This document shows positions 29,093 through 40,038 of a DNA stretch of 64,000 nt, piece by piece. Under the pieces are notes generated by a model. The model ran no database searches. It was not told the origin of the DNA and saw only the letters and a program-made list of their open reading frames with translations. Location: the NCBI GenBank assembly GCA_022508965.1, contig JAFLUD010000001.1, forward strand, positions 584-64,583, in the 5' to 3' direction. Position 1 is the first letter of the stretch, and each line of letters begins with the position of its first letter. The stretch is from Oscillospiraceae bacterium (lineage in GTDB: Bacteria; Bacillota; Clostridia; Oscillospirales; Ruminococcaceae). The position numbers were made by a program, and so were the translations under genes.

Positions 29093-30340
29093 TCACAGCC
29101 GCTTTCTCAATAAAGAACGCGGCGGAACGTCAATATCCGTCTTGATGGTGAGCTTACTCATAGCGTGGCGCGCCACGTCGATCTGCTCGCCGTTCTCGTT
29201 GAACATAAGCGAAGGCGCAAATTTGATAGGCTCTCTCGCGGGAGCCAGTATCTCCAGCTCGTCCGACAGCGTGAAATAATTCCGCTGCGTTAAGTACATA
29301 GTGCCGCCCTCGCACTTATCAACAGTACCCACAAAGTCCCAGTCGCGCATATAACCGCTGTCCGCGAAATACTGCCCGCCGTTGGTTATTTCATTGGGAA
29401 CCTGCGAGCCGCTTCCCTCGCTCGGATGCCCGTAAAAGAACCCCGTACAGTAGGGTCGGTGACTGATCTTGTTCACCTCGTCATACACCCACTTCGGCGG
29501 CTCCTCACCTCTGAGAACGCAGTCCAGCGCCACCCTGTAAGCGTTGGTGGTAAGCGCGGAATAGTACGCCGATTTAGCCCGTCCCTCGATCTTAAGACTG
29601 TATACCCCCGCGTCCAGCAGATCGCCCAGATGCTCTATCATGCACATATCCCGTGCGTTGAGAATATAAGACCCGCTCTCGTCCTCGTAAACCTTGTAGA
29701 ACTCGTTCGGACGCTTTTCCTCCATGAGGTAATACCCCCAGCGGCAGGGCTGGGCGCATTCTCCGCGGTTGGCGTTTCTTCCCGTCAGATATTCCGAGAT
29801 CAGACATCTCCCCGAAAAGCTGACGCACATAGCCCCGTGCACAAAAACCTCGATCTCCATATCCTCCGGGATCTTCTCTCTGATGAGCTTTATATTCTCA
29901 AGGTTTACCTCGCGTGCGAGAACAGCGCGGCAAACGCCCATTTTATACAGCTCCAGAGCAGTCCGGTAGTTCACAACCCCCGTCTGCGTAGACGCGTGTA
30001 TAGCAAGCCCGGGCGCATATTCGCGAATCATAGAGATGATACCGATATCCGCAGCGATGACAGCGTCGACCTTAGCGTCGCGGGCAGTCGCGATAAATTC
30101 GGGGAAGATCTCTATCTCTCCGTTCAAGGGGACTGTGTTGCAGGTGATGTAGACCTTTGCGCCTCTTTCGTGCGCAGTCTGCACGGCTCTGAACAAGCCC
30201 TCCTCGTCGAAATTCTTAGCGCCCGCGCGCATTCCAAACATCTTTCCCGCAAGGTATACCGCGTCCGCGCCGTAATCCAGCGCGCACAGCAGGCTCTCCT
30301 CGTCTCCCGCGGGAGCCAAAAGCTCGGCTCTTTTATTCAA
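29093..30340 (-). CDS. U32-family peptidase-like protein (TrhP-like, tRNA hydroxylation)
   Basis: ELLAPAG, GADAVY, HGAMCVSFSGRC, NRGECAQPCR, SLKIEGR. Confidence 0.9.
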   Translation of the reverse strand: MNKRAELLAPAGDEESLLCALDYGADAVYLAGKMFGMRAGAKNFDEEGLFRAVQTAHERGAKVYITCNTVPLNGEIEIFPEFIATARDAKVDAVIAADIGIISMIREYAPGLAIHASTQTGVVNYRTALELYKMGVCRAVLAREVNLENIKLIREKIPEDMEIEVFVHGAMCVSFSGRCLISEYLTGRNANRGECAQPCRWGYYLMEEKRPNEFYKVYEDESGSYILNARDMCMIEHLGDLLDAGVYSLKIEGRAKSAYYSALTTNAYRVALDCVLRGEEPPKWVYDEVNKISHRPYCTGFFYGHPSEGSGSQVPNEITNGGQYFADSGYMRDWDFVGTVDKCEGGTMYLTQRNYFTLSDELEILAPAREPIKFAPSLMFNENGEQIDVARHAMSKLTIKTDIDVPPRSLLRKRL

Positions 30341-30360
30341 ACCGCCACCTCCGCGCGTAA

Positions 30361-31791
30361 TCAGTCATTATTCTCACGAAGCGCCGCGTCCTGAATATTC
30401 TTCTCATGCTGTTCAAGCGTCTGAGCGTAGTAGAACACGCCGTCCGCGGAAGTTAAGAAGTACTTATAATCCGTATTCGCGGGATAAAGCGCCGCCTTGA
30501 TAGCCTCCAGACCGGGGTTGCAGATAGCCCCCGGCGGCAGCCCCTCGCACTGGTAGGTATCGTAAGCGTCCGCGATAGCCTTCATCTCCTCCATGTTCGA
30601 GGCATTTATCTTTGGAGTAATACACTGATTTATATAAGTGTAGGTGGTATCCGACTCCAGCTTCGGGAACTTCTCGGGATCCTTCATACGGTTGTGGAAT
30701 ACCGAAGAAACCTTGGACATATTGTCCTCGTTGGTACCCTCCCACTGAATAAGCGATGCGAGAATGATCGTCTCGTCGAGAGTCATATCCATTTCTTCCA
30801 TGCGCTCGACAAGATCCTTCGTGATCTTGTTTTCAAAGTTCTTATACATAGTATCGGCAGCGATCTTGGCATATTCCTCGGTATCGAAAGCGGGATTTGC
30901 CTTGAGGTCGTCGATAACGTAGAACTCGTAGGTATCCGGGAACAGATACCCCTCCAGCGCGTTAAGCCGATAAGGATCGGAGCCGATCCCCTCCTCAAAG
31001 TCATAGTTGCTGAGCTTAGACTTGTAGTAACGCTCGAAATCCGCGGCCCGGCAGACGTAGTTTTCCTGAAGCAGCCTTCCGATATCCGCCGCGGTAGCGC
31101 CCTCGGGAATCATCACAAGCACGGTCTTGGTATATTCCTTCTCGGTTCTGAACATATCGACAATGCTGCCGTAGCTCATATTAGAACGCAGCGTGTATGT
31201 CCCAAGCAGAAAATCGAACTCATCGGGATGCTTTTTTCTGTTGTAGTTGACGTAAAACTTAAACAGCTTGGGGCTTAAAATGATGTTGTTGTTATAAAGG
31301 GAATCTGCGATGTCGTCAAGGGTAGTGTTGTCGTAAATAGTAAAGTCCATCTCTTTTTGCTGCTTCGCCATTCCGGTGATATCGCGCATAACGTCGATGA
31401 CCTTAAAAGCGAGAACCGTTCCTATACAGATAGCCGCAACGGAAATGACCGCCCCCAGGAATATCTGACCCATAGTCCTTGTGTGGTTTATCTGCTTTTT
31501 CTTATGTTTGCGGCGGCGTTTTTTAACGGGATTATCGGCAGGCTCATACCTCTCCTCGCCGTCGCTCACCGAATCCATAAGAAGCGTCCTCGACATATCG
31601 TCGGCGGAATTCATCTCAATAAACTCGTCCCTGGGAGTGATCGAGCGCGCCTCCTCATCGGCTTCTCTATTAAAGAGAACGCTTTCCATCTCCTGGGTCT
31701 TGCCCAGATCCTCCGGCTCGCCGCTTAAATTATCGGAACCGTTTTGAAGATTATCAAATTCGTCGTAATTGTTGAAATTATTATCGTCCAT
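30361..31791 (-). CDS. mltG: Endolytic transglycosylase MltG
   Basis: IPEG, LEGYLFPDTY, ASLIQWE, SVFHNR, GLPPGAICNPG; one TM helix. Confidence 0.92.
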   Translation of the reverse strand: MDDNNFNNYDEFDNLQNGSDNLSGEPEDLGKTQEMESVLFNREADEEARSITPRDEFIEMNSADDMSRTLLMDSVSDGEERYEPADNPVKKRRRKHKKKQINHTRTMGQIFLGAVISVAAICIGTVLAFKVIDVMRDITGMAKQQKEMDFTIYDNTTLDDIADSLYNNNIILSPKLFKFYVNYNRKKHPDEFDFLLGTYTLRSNMSYGSIVDMFRTEKEYTKTVLVMIPEGATAADIGRLLQENYVCRAADFERYYKSKLSNYDFEEGIGSDPYRLNALEGYLFPDTYEFYVIDDLKANPAFDTEEYAKIAADTMYKNFENKITKDLVERMEEMDMTLDETIILASLIQWEGTNEDNMSKVSSVFHNRMKDPEKFPKLESDTTYTYINQCITPKINASNMEEMKAIADAYDTYQCEGLPPGAICNPGLEAIKAALYPANTDYKYFLTSADGVFYYAQTLEQHEKNIQDAALRENND

Positions 31792-31803
31792 GTCCGACCT
31801 CCG

Positions 31804-32334
31804 TCAAGCGTCAAAAATAGTAAAGTCTGCTCTAAAATCATGAGGCTCCGCGGGAACCTCGCGCCTGAAATCCTTATAGCATAAAATAACACTCTTCCCG
31901 CGAAATCCGCTTAAAAACCTGTCGTAATATCCGCGCCCGTATCCGAGCCTCAGCCCCTCGCCGTCCGCGCAAAGAGCCGGCACCACGCAAAGCGTCCTCT
32001 CATCGGGAACGGCAGCGCGGGTTTTCGACGGCTCGTCGATCCCGAACCGTCCGCGTGACAGCTCGCTTATGCTGTTGATATAGAAGAACGAAAGCTCCTC
32101 ATCGCCGCTTACCGGCAGTGCCACGGGAATTCCCCGCTCAAAACAGTAACCTATAGCCCGCCTCGTGTCCACCTCTATCTCGGTGGACGCGTAGATGAAA
32201 ACAGAACCCGCGCCGTCCAAAAACGGCTTCAGCTGCTCGAATATATCGCTGTCGGCAGCGGACTTCGCGCCGCTGTCCATCGCTTTCCGTTTCGCGATAA
32301 GCTCCTTTCGGAGAGCGCTTTTCAGTTCGCGCAT
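31804..32334 (-). CDS. 5-formyltetrahydrofolate cyclo-ligase
   Basis: KSALRK, EVDT, RLGYGRGYYDR, EPHD. Confidence 0.92.
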   Translation of the reverse strand: MRELKSALRKELIAKRKAMDSGAKSAADSDIFEQLKPFLDGAGSVFIYASTEIEVDTRRAIGYCFERGIPVALPVSGDEELSFFYINSISELSRGRFGIDEPSKTRAAVPDERTLCVVPALCADGEGLRLGYGRGYYDRFLSGFRGKSVILCYKDFRREVPAEPHDFRADFTIFDA

Positions 32335-32867
32335 TGTATCGCCGCTTTGATTTTCTGAGAAGCCTCCGCGCCTTTAAGCACCTCGACCAGCTTCAGCCCG
32401 AATTCCACAGCCACACCCGCGCCCGCGGCAGTGGTGAAAATGCCGTCTGTAACTACTTTTTTTTCGGAGAGCTTCGCGCCGCTTAAGAACTTCTCAAAGC
32501 CGGGGAAGCAGATAGCCTCCTTGCCGTCAAGCAGCCCCTTTTTCCCGAGAATAGACGGCGCCGCGCAGATAGCGCCGATAGGAATACCGTTTTTAACGCA
32601 GTAATCTATCGACGATTGAACCACGGCATTCCCCTCAAGATTAAGCGTTCCGGGCATACCTCCGGGAAGCACGATCATCTCCAGACGCTCGTCCAGCTCC
32701 ACCTGCATATCGGTGACGTCGCACAGCACGGGTACCCCGTGAGAGCTTCTCACACCGTCGTTTTTGATTCCCACGGTAACCACGTCCAGCTCCGCGCGTC
32801 TGAGCATATCAATGGGCGCGATAGCCTCGGTCTCCTCAAATCCGTCCGCTAAAAACACATAAATCAT
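32322..32867 (-). CDS. DJ-1/ThiJ/YajL family protein
   Basis: GFEETEA, LPGGMPG, AICAAP. Confidence 0.92.
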   Translation of the reverse strand: MIYVFLADGFEETEAIAPIDMLRRAELDVVTVGIKNDGVRSSHGVPVLCDVTDMQVELDERLEMIVLPGGMPGTLNLEGNAVVQSSIDYCVKNGIPIGAICAAPSILGKKGLLDGKEAICFPGFEKFLSGAKLSEKKVVTDGIFTTAAGAGVAVEFGLKLVEVLKGAEASQKIKAAIQCAN

Positions 32868-32876
32868 AGTGACCTC

Positions 32877-33776
32877 CTATAAATCGGTGATAATGAATTT
32901 CTCCTCCATAAAAGCGGGGTGATACGAGAGCTTAGCTTTGCGAAGATTCTCCGAGCCGGCGTCGTCCTCGCGGTTGATATACTTGTATTTGCCGTTTAGG
33001 GACTTCACAAACTCTCTGTTTACGGCGGTATACGCTCCCTGATACTGCCTCAGCGCCTTTTCGACGTGAACGACAAAGCAGTCCTCCGACGACGGCTCTC
33101 CGAAGGTGAACGCCTGCACCTCGCCGTTCACTCTGAGAACTCCGCCCGTATAGCCAAGCTCTCCGTAGTGCTTGAAGCTGCATTCCACGATACAAAGCTC
33201 GTCCAGCTTTTCCTCCGAATCCGGGGAAAGCCCGCACTCGTCAACGTTCTCGGCGCGCCAGCGCTTGTTCATCTCAACGCACTCGAGGATATTCTCAGCC
33301 GTCAGCGGCTCAAAGCTCCATTCGTTCTCATAAAAACGGTTGAGGTGATTTCGCTTGGCGTGATACTTTTTTCCCGTGAGATTCTCTAAGTCCTCCGCGA
33401 GATAAACGTAGTCGAAAAAGTCGCGGTTTGGCGTTATCACAGCCTCGCGAAACTCCGCGCGGATATTTTCGGCAGTCTCTTTGTTTACGGAGAGCCTCAG
33501 CGGCAAGCCATTTTCAGCACAGTATTCTCTCAAAAGCTCCACAGCGCGCCTTACCTCGCCTTTTCCCGAGGGATAAAGGAACCGCGTGTTCCGCCCCGAG
33601 AATTGCTTGCAGAAATAGAACCCCTCCGCGAAAGCGATCTCTATCTGCCCGATATTCCGCCACACGAAATTATTTCCGAAGGTGTATTCGCAGCCGCGAA
33701 AGCCCGATTCTCTCAAACGCTCCTCGCAAAGCGCCTTGTCGCCTATCTCGATCTTTCTAAATTCCGCTCCAGCCAT
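32877..33776 (-). CDS. DUF2156 (aminoacyl-phosphatidylglycerol synthase C-terminal-like) protein
   Basis: CEYTFGN, DYVY..L.GKKYHAKRNH, HVEKA, INREDD.G..LRKAKLSY.P. Confidence 0.85.
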   Translation of the reverse strand: MAGAEFRKIEIGDKALCEERLRESGFRGCEYTFGNNFVWRNIGQIEIAFAEGFYFCKQFSGRNTRFLYPSGKGEVRRAVELLREYCAENGLPLRLSVNKETAENIRAEFREAVITPNRDFFDYVYLAEDLENLTGKKYHAKRNHLNRFYENEWSFEPLTAENILECVEMNKRWRAENVDECGLSPDSEEKLDELCIVECSFKHYGELGYTGGVLRVNGEVQAFTFGEPSSEDCFVVHVEKALRQYQGAYTAVNREFVKSLNGKYKYINREDDAGSENLRKAKLSYHPAFMEEKFIITDL

Positions 33777-34443
33777 ACTTCAACAATACCTTTATATAAT
33801 CGCAGATCTTAACATATATATCCTCAATGGGAAGCGGTCCGCCGTCCTTCGCGCAATCCAAAACAGTCCAGCCCCAGCGCTCTGCCGCGAACATCGCGCT
33901 GTATCTGCAATCGCGCAAAAACATAGCGTCCTTCTCGTGAATGTCCTTCTTGCTTTCATCGCCGAGATACCGCTGTGTAAGCAACTTCTGCGAAACGTCG
34001 ATGGGCATATCGAGAAACAGCACCATATCGGGCTTCGGCAACCCCAGCTTGTTATACTCCAGATCATACAGCCAGTCCAGAAAGTACTGCCGCTCCTCGG
34101 CTGGGACTTTAGTGAGCTGATAGATCGCGTTCGACGTAGTGTAGCGGTCCGAGAGCAATATCCCCCCCGACTCATAGTAGTCCTTCCAATCTGTGACATA
34201 ACTTACAAATCTATCCATCGCATACAGCGTGGACGCCGAGTATGCCCCGTTTCTGCCCTCGCAGGGTATCTCGCCCTTTAAGTAACACTCCACGAGCTGA
34301 CCGGTGATGGTGTCATAGTTCGGGAAGCTCAGCTTGCGGCATTCAATGTCCTGCTCTTTCAGAAAGCCTACCGCCAGATCGAGCTGTGTCGTTTTTCCGC
34401 TGCCGTCAAGACCGTCCAGAACGATTAATTTTCCTTTGTCCAT
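33757..34443 (-). CDS. tmk: Thymidylate kinase
   Basis: DGLDGSGKTTQ, FPNY, DRYTTSN..YQ, LPKPD. Confidence 0.88.
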   Translation of the reverse strand: MDKGKLIVLDGLDGSGKTTQLDLAVGFLKEQDIECRKLSFPNYDTITGQLVECYLKGEIPCEGRNGAYSASTLYAMDRFVSYVTDWKDYYESGGILLSDRYTTSNAIYQLTKVPAEERQYFLDWLYDLEYNKLGLPKPDMVLFLDMPIDVSQKLLTQRYLGDESKKDIHEKDAMFLRDCRYSAMFAAERWGWTVLDCAKDGGPLPIEDIYVKICDYIKVLLKYGWSGI

Positions 34444-34479
34444 ATCAAAATCTCCGCTTTCACAAATTTATACATATAT

Positions 34480-34508
34480 ATTGTACCACAAAATACTAAT
34501 TTAGTCAA
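34480..34508 (-). promoter_or_regulatory. Sigma-A promoter heading the tmk gene cluster
   Basis: TTGACT-17-TACAAT with extended TG. Confidence 0.7.
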
Positions 34509-34596
34509 TATCTATGAGAGAATTAAATTGTGAAAAAATAATCACATACAAGTTATTCCATTATTAGAATAATATGTAATTTCCGTAAAATGCACG

Positions 34597-34624
34597 AAAA
34601 AAGACGTTAATTCACGTCTTTTTG
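34597..34624 (-). terminator. Intrinsic terminator, possibly bidirectional
   Basis: AAAAAAGACGT-TAATTC-ACGTCTTTTTT. Confidence 0.6.
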
Positions 34625-34811
34625 CCGTTTTCTGCAATTGTAATTTTTTGTAAAACGCCGAAGTTCCACATATTTTTATCAAAAAAAGTTGTTTCTAGAA
34701 CAGATTTTTCTCATACATTTTTTGGGAATTTCCATAATTGTAAATTTAAGGAAGCAAACAGTTAGGCAACGTAATTCATTAAAAATATTCAAAAATTTGA
34801 ATATTTTTTAT

Positions 34812-35543
34812 TCAGCGGGAACTCAGCTGATAATTCACCGATTGAAGCGAAAAACCGAGCCTCTGATAGAACGAAAGCAGCCCGTCCTCGCAGAGAACAA
34901 AAACTCTGCTCTCCGAAAGCTCGCCGCACACCGCCTTTATCAGCCGCGAGGCTCTGCCCTGCCCGCGAAGCTCGGGGGGCGTGGCTATCTGCGACAAGAG
35001 CGCGTTCCCGTTTAAGTTGTGCTGTATCGCCAGAACCGCACCGTCAAGCCGCCTGAACTGCGTTACGCCGTGCCTTATGCGGTGCGACATATCGAGATAC
35101 CACTGTTCATAGACGATCTCAAAGGCGGTCTTCAAAACCCCGAATATTTCGCTAAGCGGAGGCGTTTTTTCTGTTCCTCGTGGAACAATATTCCCGCAAA
35201 ACCGCATCAGATTCAGCTTTTTGGGGGTGCATTCCAGCTTTTCGGAAAGCCGTTCCCCGACTTTCTCGGAACAGAAGATCTCCGAAAATCCGCAAAACGA
35301 AAAGAACTCCGCGAGTTCCTCAAAATCCCGATCATCAAGATCGCAGCCGCCCGTCTCGCACACGACATGATCCCCGTAAAGCGAGGCGAAGACCGCGTTT
35401 TCGGAAGAGTAAAACCGACAGAAATCGTATTTCGTTTCATAGCAAAGCAAAAGCGCGTATATCTTCTGCGCTTCTATTCCAAAATTCTCTTGATTTTTTA
35501 TGAGAACTCGCAGTTCCTCGGGGTCAAAAACCTGCTTTATCAT
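34812..35543 (-). CDS. Protein with C-terminal GNAT acetyltransferase domain
   Basis: IATPPELRGQGRA and FYQRLGF; ATGA overlap with the upstream M42 gene. Confidence 0.8.
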   Translation of the reverse strand: MIKQVFDPEELRVLIKNQENFGIEAQKIYALLLCYETKYDFCRFYSSENAVFASLYGDHVVCETGGCDLDDRDFEELAEFFSFCGFSEIFCSEKVGERLSEKLECTPKKLNLMRFCGNIVPRGTEKTPPLSEIFGVLKTAFEIVYEQWYLDMSHRIRHGVTQFRRLDGAVLAIQHNLNGNALLSQIATPPELRGQGRASRLIKAVCGELSESRVFVLCEDGLLSFYQRLGFSLQSVNYQLSSR

Positions 35544-36553
35544 AGCTCGGCGGCTGCCGAAAGCAGCTTTTCCGAAAGCGCTCTTACCGCGTCAAGATCG
35601 CTTATTTTTATCACGCAGGACGGCGAATGTAGATATCTGCACGGCACGGAGACTGCGCAGGTGCGAACTCCGCCGCGGCTGACGTGAATAGCGCCGCTGT
35701 CGTTTCCGCCCGCGACAAGAGTTTTTGTCTGAACGGATATCCCGTGCTTTTGAGCCGTTTCAAACGCCAGCGAATACAGCTCTCTGTCGTATACGGTCGA
35801 CCTGTCCATATAGGATACCACCGCGCCTTTTCCAAGCTCGCAGACCTTTTTCGCGCCCTCGACTCCCGCGATATCGCAGGCAGTCGTCGACTCCAGCACT
35901 ATCGCAATGTCGGGCGCTACCGTGAACGCTGCCGCCTTTGCGCCGCGCGTTCCTATCTCCTCTTGGACCGTAAACGCGTACCACGCGTCGTATTCCGGCT
36001 CGCCGTTTATCATATCCATCATGATAAGGCAGCCCGCGCGGTCGTCGATCGCCTTTCCCTTGACGAATCCGTCTCCGTATTCGAAGAAATCAGTCTCAAA
36101 ATACGCATAGCTGCCGCGCGGGGCAAGCGTTTCAGCCTGCTCCTTCGAGCTTGCGCCTATATCGAGAAACATCTCCCCGAAATCGGGGATTTTCTTGCGT
36201 TCGCTATCGGACTGCTGGTGGATCGCCTTGGTTCCCACAACGCCGAAAGCTCCGCTCTCCAGCCGAATCGTCCTGCCAATGACTACCGACGGGTTTATTC
36301 CCCCGACCGCGTCAAACCGCAGAAAGCCGTCCGCGCAAACGTCGGTTATCATAAATCCGACCTCGTCCATGTGCGCGGCGAACATTATTTTATTTTTAGG
36401 GGAACACCGACCCTTTTTGAAGGCTATAAGGTTGCCTAAATTATCGGTGAAAAGCTCGTCGGCTATGATATTCTTCGCGATGAATTCGCGAACACGCGCC
36501 TCGTCTCCCGACGCTCCGTTTATAGAGCACAGCTCGCGCAGCTTATCAAGCAT
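35540..36553 (-). CDS. M42-family aminopeptidase
   Basis: AHMDEVG, KAIDDRAG, VQEEIG, YLHSP. Confidence 0.92.
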   Translation of the reverse strand: MLDKLRELCSINGASGDEARVREFIAKNIIADELFTDNLGNLIAFKKGRCSPKNKIMFAAHMDEVGFMITDVCADGFLRFDAVGGINPSVVIGRTIRLESGAFGVVGTKAIHQQSDSERKKIPDFGEMFLDIGASSKEQAETLAPRGSYAYFETDFFEYGDGFVKGKAIDDRAGCLIMMDMINGEPEYDAWYAFTVQEEIGTRGAKAAAFTVAPDIAIVLESTTACDIAGVEGAKKVCELGKGAVVSYMDRSTVYDRELYSLAFETAQKHGISVQTKTLVAGGNDSGAIHVSRGGVRTCAVSVPCRYLHSPSCVIKISDLDAVRALSEKLLSAAAEL

Positions 36554-37568
36554 TCTCGCCACCCCCTGTTACATATTCGCAGATAAGACGGGCAGTCGCT
36601 TCAATGTCTCTTAAATCCACGATCTCAACGGAGGTGTGCATATACCTTATCGGGAACGACAGCGTGCAGCACTTGACTCCTTTGCCCGATATCCCAATAG
36701 AATCGGCGTTGGTGCCTGTTGAGGAGGGCATTACCTCGCATGTGAACGGTATACCGCGCTTTTCGGCGAGGGTTCGCAGTGCGTTTGACATTCCCTTGTC
36801 GAGAGACGCCGAAAACCCGATCATAACACCGCTTCCAAGCTCCGCGGTGTCTTTCGGGGAGCTGTCGGGCGTTCTTCCGAAGGATACGTCCACCGCTATC
36901 GCCTCGTCCGGCTGAATTCTGAACGCCGCCTGCTTTACGCCGCGCGTTCCCGTCTCCTCCTGAGCTGAAAAGCACACCGCCAGATCATACGCGAGTGGCT
37001 TGCCTTTGAGCTGCTCCAGTGCCGCTAAGATCGCGCAGACTCCGCTTCTGTCGTCGATCGCGGGGGCGGATATCACGTCCCCGCAAAGCTCGCAAAAGCG
37101 CGAGTTCACTGTAACTCTGTCGCCGAGCGATATTTCGCGCTCAGCCCGTTCTTTGGTCATTCCCACGTCAATGAAAATGTCGCCGATCTCGGGAGCGCCG
37201 CTTTCCTTCTGAACATGCGGGGGCAGCGTCGAAACTACGCCCATAATATCTCTTTTCCCGTGAACGGTCACCGACTGCGCGGGGAGTGTTCTCACGTCGA
37301 TAGAACCGCAGCAGCCCACGCCCAAAAAGCCTTTTTCGTCTATATAGGTAACTATCAGCCCCACCCTGTCGATATGCGCGTCCAGCATGAGCGTTTTCGC
37401 GCCCGGAACGCCCGAGCGCACAAAGCCTGTGACGTTTCCGAAAGCGTCGACGCTTACCTCCTCGGCATAGCGTTCCAACAGCTCGGCAGCCTTTCGCGAC
37501 GCGGGAAGCTCGTCGCCGGATACTCCCGTTTTGCGGGTAAGAATTTTCAATTGTTCCTTAATATCCAC
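36546..37568 (-). CDS. M42-family aminopeptidase
   Basis: AHIDRVG, AIDDRSG, AQEETG, YMHTSVE. Confidence 0.92.
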   Translation of the reverse strand: MDIKEQLKILTRKTGVSGDELPASRKAAELLERYAEEVSVDAFGNVTGFVRSGVPGAKTLMLDAHIDRVGLIVTYIDEKGFLGVGCCGSIDVRTLPAQSVTVHGKRDIMGVVSTLPPHVQKESGAPEIGDIFIDVGMTKERAEREISLGDRVTVNSRFCELCGDVISAPAIDDRSGVCAILAALEQLKGKPLAYDLAVCFSAQEETGTRGVKQAAFRIQPDEAIAVDVSFGRTPDSSPKDTAELGSGVMIGFSASLDKGMSNALRTLAEKRGIPFTCEVMPSSTGTNADSIGISGKGVKCCTLSFPIRYMHTSVEIVDLRDIEATARLICEYVTGGGENA

Positions 37569-37584
37569 GGTAATTCCCCTTCAA

Positions 37585-38079
37585 TCATTTTAAAAAGCCG
37601 CTGTCGGGACTGCCTCCGTTGAACTTATAGCCCTTGAACCGCATAATCTCCAGCTTATATTCAACCAGCTCGACAGGAAGCTTCAACCCCGAAGCCAACG
37701 CTTCGGCGCTGTTCGTGCCGCTCAGTCCCTCGAAAAAATCATCGTCCGATATCAGAACGCTCGCCGCAAACAGATTTGCCTCACGCTCGGTCTTATTGCT
37801 GCTCAAAAACAGCGTGCTTTCGCGGATGCCGCCATCCGAAAGCTCTCTGTGAAGCATATCGTGACCCAGCTCGTGAGCGCACACTACCGTTTTCATCACG
37901 TCGTCGAGATGCTCGTTTATCACGATATAACGCCGCTTGTTTTCGTATACATAAAAGCCCTTGAGCGAGCCGAGTTCCCGAAACCAGACGTTTGCGCCCG
38001 AATTCTCGGCGGTCTTGAAGATATTTCTGCCGCCGTATTTTTTGAGAACGTTTTCCGCCGCTTCGATTATATGACGCAT
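37585..38079 (-). CDS. ImmA/IrrE-family metallo-endopeptidase
   Basis: AHELGH and EREANLFA motifs. Confidence 0.9.
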   Translation of the reverse strand: MRHIIEAAENVLKKYGGRNIFKTAENSGANVWFRELGSLKGFYVYENKRRYIVINEHLDDVMKTVVCAHELGHDMLHRELSDGGIRESTLFLSSNKTEREANLFAASVLISDDDFFEGLSGTNSAEALASGLKLPVELVEYKLEIMRFKGYKFNGGSPDSGFLK

Positions 38080-38483
38080 TATTTTTTAGCGCCCTTGCCT
38101 TTTCCTCTGGAATCCTCGTAGATCTCGGTAAGGCAGCGCATAAGGTGCGTTTTGTCCTCGTCGGTCAGAGAATTCCCCGCAAACAGTCCGCGGGACTTGG
38201 ACAAGAACTTTACCGCGTCGGTCGTATCAAGCCCTCTGTCGGCAATCTTCTTGATGAGCTTTTCCTCGGAGGTGAGCTGAATATCCACGCTGTCGTCGGT
38301 CAGAAACTCGGGGGTAACGTCAAGCTCCTTGGCTATTCTGTCGAGCACGCTTTTTCTGGGCTTTCGCGTTCCGCTCATATAATACGCGAACGCGCGGTAT
38401 GTAATCCCTACCTTTTCCGCGAACTCTACCCTTTTCAAGCGGCGTCTGCTGAGCATTACATCCAGCTTTTCGTTCATTGTCAT
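38079..38483 (-). CDS. XRE-family HTH regulator (ImmR-like)
   Basis: EFAEKVGIT..YYMSGTRKP..IAKELDVT; AAGGAGG RBS; coupled to the immA-like gene. Confidence 0.9.
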   Translation of the reverse strand: MTMNEKLDVMLSRRRLKRVEFAEKVGITYRAFAYYMSGTRKPRKSVLDRIAKELDVTPEFLTDDSVDIQLTSEEKLIKKIADRGLDTTDAVKFLSKSRGLFAGNSLTDEDKTHLMRCLTEIYEDSRGKGKGAKK

Positions 38484-38505
38484 AACATTTCCTCCTTGTC
38501 ATTAT

Positions 38506-38526
38506 GCCTTTTCCCCTTGAAAAGGC
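38506..38526. promoter_or_regulatory. Palindrome in the XRE leader, candidate operator or 5' hairpin
   Basis: GCCTTTTC-N5-GAAAAGGC between promoter and RBS. Confidence 0.4.
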
Positions 38527-38538
38527 TTTCATAGTTTT

Positions 38539-38567
38539 ATTATATCAATGAACACGAATTTTGTCAA
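38539..38567 (-). promoter_or_regulatory. Consensus sigma-A promoter for XRE-immA-M42 operon
   Basis: TTGACA-17-TATAAT with extended TG. Confidence 0.85.
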
Positions 38568-38657
38568 GTATTTTTTCCTGCGGCGTATTATTTTCCCAAA
38601 AAAACTTAAAAAAATTCATAAAAAGTGAATAATATTCTAAATTTTGAATAATTGCAC

Positions 38658-38685
38658 TTGACTTCTCGAAAAAAATGTGTATAAT
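38658..38685 (+). promoter_or_regulatory. Sigma-A promoter for arg operon
   Basis: TTGACT-16-TATAAT; TGAATAAT half-sites upstream at 38626 and 38645 resemble degenerate ARG boxes. Confidence 0.65.
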
Positions 38686-38725
38686 GAAAATATAGAAAAT
38701 ATTTTATCCAAAAGGAGACATTATT

Positions 38726-39952
<1,227 letters not shown>

Positions 39953-40038
39953 TTCTTAAAAACACGAGCGGGGTCATGCTCCCCGCTCATACGCTTTTTC
40001 AACTTATTTGAGAATGATTTACACAGTGAGGTTCGGTT

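Noticed and set aside
38550-38561. LexA box in the XRE promoter spacer
   Set aside because: GAAC-N4-ATTT matches only half of GAAC-N4-GTTC
38620-38660. Canonical tandem ARG boxes
   Set aside because: Half-sites present but spacing is 1-2 nt short of TGMATwwwwATKCA; kept only as a note
19800-38700. Gene-strand switches as replication terminus or origin
   Set aside because: Spot inspection of G versus C gave mixed signals confounded by coding strand; needs a computed cumulative skew
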